Positions 58,249-64,000 of a DNA stretch of 64,000 nucleotides are shown in pieces. Source of the stretch: Vulcanimicrobiota bacterium (lineage in GTDB: Bacteria > Vulcanimicrobiota > Xenobia > Xenobiales > JADMJV01); contig JBFWNU010000001.1 of NCBI GenBank assembly GCA_050250895.1, positions 2,852,891-2,916,890 on the forward strand. The letters run 5' to 3'. Position 1 is the stretch's first letter, and the number at the start of each line of letters is the position of its first letter. The notes beneath the pieces were generated by a model that had not been told where the DNA came from, searched no databases, and saw only the letters and a program-made list of their open reading frames with translations. A program made the translations under genes and the position numbers.

Positions 58249-59460
58249 TCACGAGGGGAACTTGTGGCCCAGGAAGCGCTGGACCAGGCCGCCACGAGCC
58301 TCGCGAGCGAGAATGGCCCGGATGCGCTCCTCGACCTCCTGCACCCGCCCGGCCTTGCCTGCCGCTTCCATCGTGTAAGAGTAGGCCAGCGACACATCCT
58401 CGCCGGTCACCTCATAGCCATACCCGGCCGCCAGCCAGGTCAGAGCCGCCAGGCCCGCCTCGAGAGCAAAATCGGGTCGCTTCTCGGCGAAGTCCCGAGC
58501 GGCCCGGGTGAGGGTCTGGGGCGCGCAGGGGGCGGACTGGGCCAGGGCGATGGCCTGGTCGAAGAGCTTGGCATCCTTGGCGGCCGCGAACCACTTGCCC
58601 TCATCGCCCGGATTGGCCTCGACCAGGTCGGCCAGGATCTGCTCGGGCGAGCGGTGGGGATACTTCTTGGCCACCGCCCGAAACCAGGCCAGGTAGGTTC
58701 CCGCCCGGTTGGCCTCCAGGCCGTAGCGCTGGTAGGCCTCCTCGACCAGGCCCGAAGAGAGCAGAAGCTCCTCGCAGGCGCGGTCGACCAAAACGGGGCT
58801 GTAGCCATCGCGGCTGGCCTCGGCGTAGCGAAGGGCCTCGGCCTTCCTGCCCAGGGCGGCCAGCGCCTTCACCCCGTACTGCCGATAGTGCCACATTTTG
58901 TAGGGGCATATCTCGAGCAATTCCATGAGTTCCTCGTAGCGCTCGGCGGCCAGCAACGCATTCAAGCAGCAGCTCGTGCCCTTGAAATAGGCACCCTTCT
59001 CGGGACCCCAGACGAGTTTCACGAGGGGCATCAGGCGGTCGGCCCATTCCGCGGCGAGCTTTTGGTTGGCACACATGGCGCCCCAATGGTCCGCCAGGCT
59101 CTCGACCCAGGGCATCTCGTCTTCCTGATAGGCTTCCCAGAGCCGCTCCAGCCACTGGTCTCGAGTCTTGTCATCGGCGGGGGCGGCCGCGATGATATCA
59201 GACAGCGTGGCCAAGGCTCCGTTGACGGTCGAGCCCATCGCGCCCGAGGAACCGTCCACCCGTTCGAGGGCCGGGGCCACCCGCTCGATGAACAGCACAG
59301 CTCCTTCGGCCGCCAGCAACGGGTCGGTCTTGGCCACCTTCTTGATCTCGGCAACCGCCTCTTTCACCCGCTTCATCGCCGGCTGCGACTGCCAGCCGAA
59401 GGCGTTACGGCGGAACCGGGCTCTGAATTGCCAGGCGTGCTTTTTGCTCTTCTCGGCCAT
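58249..59460 (-). CDS. Alpha-helical hypothetical protein
   Basis: MAEKSKKHAWQFRARFRRNAFGW...; strong GC3 codon bias; no catalytic motif recognised. Confidence 0.75.
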   Translation of the reverse strand: MAEKSKKHAWQFRARFRRNAFGWQSQPAMKRVKEAVAEIKKVAKTDPLLAAEGAVLFIERVAPALERVDGSSGAMGSTVNGALATLSDIIAAAPADDKTRDQWLERLWEAYQEDEMPWVESLADHWGAMCANQKLAAEWADRLMPLVKLVWGPEKGAYFKGTSCCLNALLAAERYEELMELLEICPYKMWHYRQYGVKALAALGRKAEALRYAEASRDGYSPVLVDRACEELLLSSGLVEEAYQRYGLEANRAGTYLAWFRAVAKKYPHRSPEQILADLVEANPGDEGKWFAAAKDAKLFDQAIALAQSAPCAPQTLTRAARDFAEKRPDFALEAGLAALTWLAAGYGYEVTGEDVSLAYSYTMEAAGKAGRVQEVEERIRAILAREARGGLVQRFLGHKFPS

Positions 59461-59515
59461 CGTAGGTGCTCGTTCGCCGGCAAGACTCGACCTCCTTGCC
59501 CGACTTGACTCCGAG

Positions 59516-59580
59516 CGACGGCTGCACAGTCCAGGGCGTCCCCATCGGCGGCTTCGCGGGGGACGGCATCCCATCGAACG
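59516..59580 (+). repeat. 65-nt diverged copy of 62008-62072
   Basis: Manual alignment 58/65 identical; both encode DGCTVQGxxIGGFAGDGIxSN. Confidence 0.85.
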
Positions 59581-61218
59581 CTACCGAAGGATGTGACGGG
59601 TTTCTCCATAGGACTCTGCAGCCATTCGCGGCAGAGCTTGCATCGTCTGAATGACCTTCTTCGAGCCCAGCACGAAGAGTTGCGAGCGGGCGCGACTGAC
59701 TCCGATGGCGGCCAACCGAAAGTCTCGCAACTTGGTCAGCCGGTCTTGCAACAGGAGCACGACATCAGACTCGAGTCCTTTGAAGCGGTGGACGGTTTCC
59801 ACCGTGACAGCATCCCTCGCTTCCATTCTACTCAACGGCCAACGGTGGACCGTCCGACCGACCAGAAAATCTCTAAGCGCGCGGGTCTGACAGAGTATGG
59901 CGACCTGATTAGCTGAAATCTCGTGCTCTTGGAGTTGCTGGAAGCGCGTTTCCAGTTGGGCCAGAAGGGCAGCATCGTCTTCGATGACAGAGAACTCGGG
60001 CTCCGGCCCCTCAACAGGCAGGGAGTCGTAGGCCCGCCGCTGCAGGGCCCCAACCAACCCGGCGACAGGACGGGTATTCCGACAGTTCACGGTGAGTTCG
60101 TAGGTAAACCCTTCGACCGGCGGTCGCCAGTCGTCGTCACGATAAATATTCTGATCGGTGTCGCCGAAGATGTAGAAGCGATCTTGTTTGAGTAGTTTCT
60201 CAAGGACCTCCCACCACAGGGGTAAGAAGTCCTGCGCCTCGTCGGCCACGATGGCGTCCACTTTGAACCCGTTCTGAGCTGCAGCGTGAGCGAGCAGCCT
60301 GGGGCATTCATCATTCCAAAAGGCGCTGTCGTTCGCCGCAGGGGTTGGCAGCCCAGCCTTCTTCATTTGCTCCACGGCCAGTCCGTGAAAGTGGACAGCC
60401 TGCACGCCTTTGAGGTGACGGGTGCGCTCGGCCAGATGACTTCCGAGCGGCTCGTTGTAACAGGTCAGGAGCACTTCGAGGCCTTCCTGTGCCAGGCGGC
60501 GCGCTTGCTCGATGGCCAGCACGGTCTTGCCGGTGCCCGCGCCACCAGTGACAAAGAATCGCCTATTGCGACGCAGACCATTCAGGACAAAGAATTGTTG
60601 CTCGGTCAGTACCATCTGTTGTCGGCCCACATCTTCGACCTGGACGGCGAGCAGTGGCGCGACAGAGCGACGGGGGGCCAGCAGATCGACCATGACATCG
60701 ACATGTTCCAGGGCCCGGCATCGACCCATCATCGCTATCAACTTCGGCTGGGGGTGTAGTAGATCGTCGCGAAGCCATACGACCTCGGACTTTTCCCGCG
60801 GGCCGAGTCGAGGCAGCGAAGACATGTCGGGAAACACCACGGCGTAGCAGCTCGGAAGCCTCGAGAGGTTGACGTGATTGCAGAGATGTCTGCGTAGCGT
60901 CTTCGACGCTACCATGGCCTGCTCGAACGGGTTCTTGATGGAGTGCCTCTGCTTATTGCGATTGACGCTGTACCATTGGCCCCGGTCTACCTCGATGCCA
61001 CCACCCTTCACCTCGAGCACGGCTAGACCGTGTTCAGGGTGGAGGATGACGAAGTCGGCCTCTCCGTCCTGTCCTTCGTCGAACCAGGCAACCGAGTGAA
61101 AGACGTGCCAGCCTGTGGGAAGCGCGCCCAACGCATCCCACACTTTACGCTCGGAATAGGGCCAATCGTTGCTGGTGGAAAGTGAGTTTCGAGTCGCCAC
61201 AACGAGTCTCTTCGGCAT
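59581..61218 (-). CDS. NERD nuclease + SF1 (UvrD-like) helicase
   Basis: GEADFVILHP...LEVKGG, NPFEQA; GGAGTGKT, DEAQD, NCRNT, TVHRFKGLE, SRAR. Confidence 0.9.
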   Translation of the reverse strand: MPKRLVVATRNSLSTSNDWPYSERKVWDALGALPTGWHVFHSVAWFDEGQDGEADFVILHPEHGLAVLEVKGGGIEVDRGQWYSVNRNKQRHSIKNPFEQAMVASKTLRRHLCNHVNLSRLPSCYAVVFPDMSSLPRLGPREKSEVVWLRDDLLHPQPKLIAMMGRCRALEHVDVMVDLLAPRRSVAPLLAVQVEDVGRQQMVLTEQQFFVLNGLRRNRRFFVTGGAGTGKTVLAIEQARRLAQEGLEVLLTCYNEPLGSHLAERTRHLKGVQAVHFHGLAVEQMKKAGLPTPAANDSAFWNDECPRLLAHAAAQNGFKVDAIVADEAQDFLPLWWEVLEKLLKQDRFYIFGDTDQNIYRDDDWRPPVEGFTYELTVNCRNTRPVAGLVGALQRRAYDSLPVEGPEPEFSVIEDDAALLAQLETRFQQLQEHEISANQVAILCQTRALRDFLVGRTVHRWPLSRMEARDAVTVETVHRFKGLESDVVLLLQDRLTKLRDFRLAAIGVSRARSQLFVLGSKKVIQTMQALPRMAAESYGETRHILR

Positions 61219-61354
61219 CGGGGACCAGGTTCCTTAGCTCGCAATCGTTGCGGTGGGCGGTTCACGCCTCCCAGTTGCTGCACTCGCTCCTCCAAAAGGA
61301 AGCTCGGGCCCGTCCCAGAAACCCCGAACAATCCATTCGAGGGGGTCCTCAATC

Positions 61355-62584
61355 GTGAAACGCTTTCTACTCCTCATCTTGCTCGCCGCTTGCCTGGCGG
61401 GCTGCGACAATAGTAGCGATGACTTCTTCGGCACACCGAGCAATCCGGTGTCAGCCCCGCAAGCCGTCAACGACGCTTACAACGGGCTCGGCAACGCTCC
61501 CCTCAGCGTGGCCCTCGCCCAGGGAGTCCTGGTCAACGACACCGTCCCAGCGCCCGTCACGGCCTTCCAGAACCCCAGCGCCCAGGGAGCCACCGTAGCC
61601 GTCAACGCCGACGGCTCGTTCACGTACACCCCGGTCAACGGCTTTCAGGGTGCGGACACGTTTACTTACACGACGACCAACTCCAGCGGTCAATCCACCG
61701 CCACGGTGACGCTCAATGTCGCCAACACGGCTCGCTTCGTCAATAACACCGCCGCCCCCGGCAATCCGGGCACCTTCGCCGCCCCCTTCAGCAGCTTGGC
61801 TGAAGCTCAAGCTAACTCCGTCCCTGGCGACACCATCTTCGTCTTTCGCGGCAATGGCAACCCCTACACCGGCATCACCCTTCAGAACAATCAGCGCCTC
61901 ATCGGTGAAGGCTCGGGCCTGGTGGTGGCTCGCCAGGACGTTCTGGCTCAGGGCACGGTCGTTCCCCAGGGCCCCTTCCCCATCATCGGCGGCACGGTCA
62001 TCATGGCCGACGGCTGCACCGTCCAGGGCCTCCATATCGGCGGATTCGCGGGGGACGGCATCACGTCGAACGGCGTGGATGGGACGATTGTGGGCAACGA
62101 GTTTGCCGATATCACGAACCCTGGGAACGTTGGGAACCAGGCTATGGACTTCGATCTCACTTCGGGAGCTTGGACGATTCAGGGGAACAATTTCGTAGAT
62201 ATTCAGGCCGGCGCCATCGTGGTTTCTGGGGCCCTTCTGTCAGGCACGGCAACCTATGTTTTTACAGACAATATTGCCAATAATACAGGCGCGATGGTCT
62301 TCTTCGGGGCAGCGGGTACGTCACAAATCCGGGCACAGGTGTCGCGGAATTCCATAGTTGGTGCAGTGGCCGTTGATTCCTTTAGCTTTGTGGCGGGCGA
62401 CCAGGCGACCTTGTGTTTGGACTTAGAGGGCAATTCAACCGACCAGATGTATAGCTTTGGAAACTCCGCGACATCGACGCTCAATGTTGAGCAGTTTGCA
62501 AGTTTGAATTCACTCAACAATGGGACCGGCAACATCGTTACCGGGACCATCACGGAGGTCGCCAATGGCTTTTGCAATTTCTAA
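61355..62584 (+). CDS. Lipoprotein with Ig-like (cadherin-like) domain and beta-helix region
   Basis: GTG start, lipobox LAGC; PQAVNDAY, GVLVND, DGSFTYTP, DTFTY; Asn/Gly-rich parallel beta-helix-like C-terminus. Confidence 0.82.
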   Translation: MKRFLLLILLAACLAGCDNSSDDFFGTPSNPVSAPQAVNDAYNGLGNAPLSVALAQGVLVNDTVPAPVTAFQNPSAQGATVAVNADGSFTYTPVNGFQGADTFTYTTTNSSGQSTATVTLNVANTARFVNNTAAPGNPGTFAAPFSSLAEAQANSVPGDTIFVFRGNGNPYTGITLQNNQRLIGEGSGLVVARQDVLAQGTVVPQGPFPIIGGTVIMADGCTVQGLHIGGFAGDGITSNGVDGTIVGNEFADITNPGNVGNQAMDFDLTSGAWTIQGNNFVDIQAGAIVVSGALLSGTATYVFTDNIANNTGAMVFFGAAGTSQIRAQVSRNSIVGAVAVDSFSFVAGDQATLCLDLEGNSTDQMYSFGNSATSTLNVEQFASLNSLNNGTGNIVTGTITEVANGFCNF

Positions 62585-63999
62585 TTGGTGCCCTTCCACG
62601 TTAGCACGGCCGAACCATCCAGCATTTGGGCGTATCGATCCGTCCGGTTGAGGCTTAGGCTAAACACGTCAATCTGCGTAGCGTCGCCGGGCGTATGTTG
62701 GGCGAGTTGGCTCAAGAAGATGGCCCGCACACGCGCCAGTTCTTGCTGTCCTCTTAGCCTTTGAGTTAGGGGCAGATCCTGTGCTCGTCGGTAGAGGACG
62801 CCTTGATACTGTATATTCAGCAAAGACTCGTCCAGAACGTAGGTGGCCGCATCACCTCGCATCGATCCTGGCTCCACGGGAAAGAGACTAAGTGGAACTG
62901 ATGGAATCACGATTCCAACAATTCCGGATTGAGTGTGGTCGTCTTCCCCAATCATCACCTGACTAACCACCTCCATCTCGGTCAACTCCGGAGCGAGCAC
63001 CATGCGCACATCTCGCAACTCCATCGGGCGGGTGGTCTCCTTCGAGACCACCGCGCCGACGACCGTGACATCCGAAGCGGCGAAGCGGCCGCCGGAGTAG
63101 ACGAGGCCCTGAAAGCGCGAACTCACGCGGCCCTCGCCCTGAATGGTCACATCACCATCAGCCACCAGAGCGGTCATCGCCGACTCGGTCCGCATCGAGC
63201 CACGCACGACCACGTTGCCGGTGCACACGATGGCGCCGTGGCCGGTGATGTCGCCGTTGATGGTCAGGTCGCCATCGACCCACAGCAAGCCGTCGTCGAG
63301 GGCCAGGTCGCCGAGGCTCAGCGAGCCGAGATTGTAGCAGCGACCGGACACCTCGGAGTCACCCTGGTAGGCGTAGGCATAGTCGAGGGCGCGCGGGTCG
63401 AACTGGCCGGCACTGACCGACGGCAGCTCTTCGGGAGCGTGGTTCGCCAGCACCCTCCCAGCCGTCGACCGGGTCAGGGTGATCGAGCCCACCGCCTGGG
63501 CGTCTCCCAGCACTTCGCTGTCGCTGAGCACGGCACTGCCATTGGTGACCAGGTTGCCGGGGCGGCGGTCGTCTTCGTCGAGCCCGTCCTCGAGAGCGGC
63601 CAGACTATCCACCGAGAAGACCTCGAGGTTCGAGCCGTTCAGGGGCCCGGCGGCGGCCAGCGAGTAGGGGAAGGGCGGGAAGTGGATGTAGGCCTCGCGC
63701 ACGACCGTCTTGTTATTACAGCGTCCCACGGCTACCAGGTGGACGGTCTTGGCCGGCACCAGGGCTCGGTTGAAGCCCGAGCGTGAGCCGGCCGAGCGCA
63801 CGTTGTTGGTGGAGTAGGGCGCGTCACCCTCGGCGAAGGTGAGCGTGCCCAGCGCCTCGCGCGAGGGAGCGTAGTGTAGCTCGCCGGCGAAGTCGGCATC
63901 GGCCTTGAGTTCGCCGATGGCCTGGTAGATGACCGAGTCGGCGCACAGGCTCGCCTGGGCCCGATTTGCCTCGGCAGTGGTTACCTGCAGTTGGGTGGT
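62581..63999 (-). CDS. PilX-like / polymer-forming beta-repeat surface protein, 5' end off window
   Basis: Frame stays open from 63801 to the window edge (..EANRAQASLCADS..); VDGDLTINGDITGHGAIVCTGNV repeats. Confidence 0.65.
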   Translation of the reverse strand, partial: TTQLQVTTAEANRAQASLCADSVIYQAIGELKADADFAGELHYAPSREALGTLTFAEGDAPYSTNNVRSAGSRSGFNRALVPAKTVHLVAVGRCNNKTVVREAYIHFPPFPYSLAAAGPLNGSNLEVFSVDSLAALEDGLDEDDRRPGNLVTNGSAVLSDSEVLGDAQAVGSITLTRSTAGRVLANHAPEELPSVSAGQFDPRALDYAYAYQGDSEVSGRCYNLGSLSLGDLALDDGLLWVDGDLTINGDITGHGAIVCTGNVVVRGSMRTESAMTALVADGDVTIQGEGRVSSRFQGLVYSGGRFAASDVTVVGAVVSKETTRPMELRDVRMVLAPELTEMEVVSQVMIGEDDHTQSGIVGIVIPSVPLSLFPVEPGSMRGDAATYVLDESLLNIQYQGVLYRRAQDLPLTQRLRGQQELARVRAIFLSQLAQHTPGDATQIDVFSLSLNRTDRYAQMLDGSAVLTWKGTN

Positions 64000-64000
64000 C

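Noticed and set aside
57758-58252. 164-aa ORF as a real gene
   Set aside because: Appears to be a chimera containing the duplicated 77-nt patch; no coherent domain.
18587-59508. Long antisense or alternate-frame ORFs (e.g. 18587-19594, 28868-29869, 33253-34815, 58264-59508)
   Set aside because: Shadows of high-GC3 genes on the other strand or frame; no motifs of their own.
57932-63824. Diversity-generating retroelement TR/VR pairs
   Set aside because: Mismatches in both repeat pairs are not confined to adenines of one copy, and no reverse transcriptase is present in the window.

Overview
High-GC bacterial accessory/defence island with no rRNA, tRNA or CRISPR array seen. Left arm (1-13 kb): a double alpha/beta-hydrolase gene running off the left edge (absent from the ORF track), a cluster of three peptidoglycan-hydrolase genes (CHAP+GH108, GH19+M15, NlpC/P60) with a catalase-like gene, a secreted CxxCH protein and a frameshifted TIR-TM-beta-propeller gene. 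Centre (13-56 kb): a 7-deazaguanine DNA-modification (Dpd) system. An XRE/HTH divergent switch with a near-consensus sigma70 promoter precedes queC-queE-queD-folE2-dpdC-dpdB-dpdA-dpdB, followed later by dpdE-F-G-H-I. dpdJ lies on the opposite strand, fused to a Dna2/Upf1-like SF1 helicase and preceded by a Cas4/RecB-like nuclease; dpdD and dpdK were not found in the window. Interleaved are a DGQHR+HNH pair, IS66/ISKra4-like/IS110 elements or remnants, a TIR-FGE gene, a TIR / TIR-iSTAND-like / MoxR / vWA-propeller-amidase operon and a multi-TIR gene. Right arm: a NERD-helicase and two surface-protein genes, short pieces of which are duplicated between the defence cassettes. All calls come from motif recognition by eye; no database searches were run.
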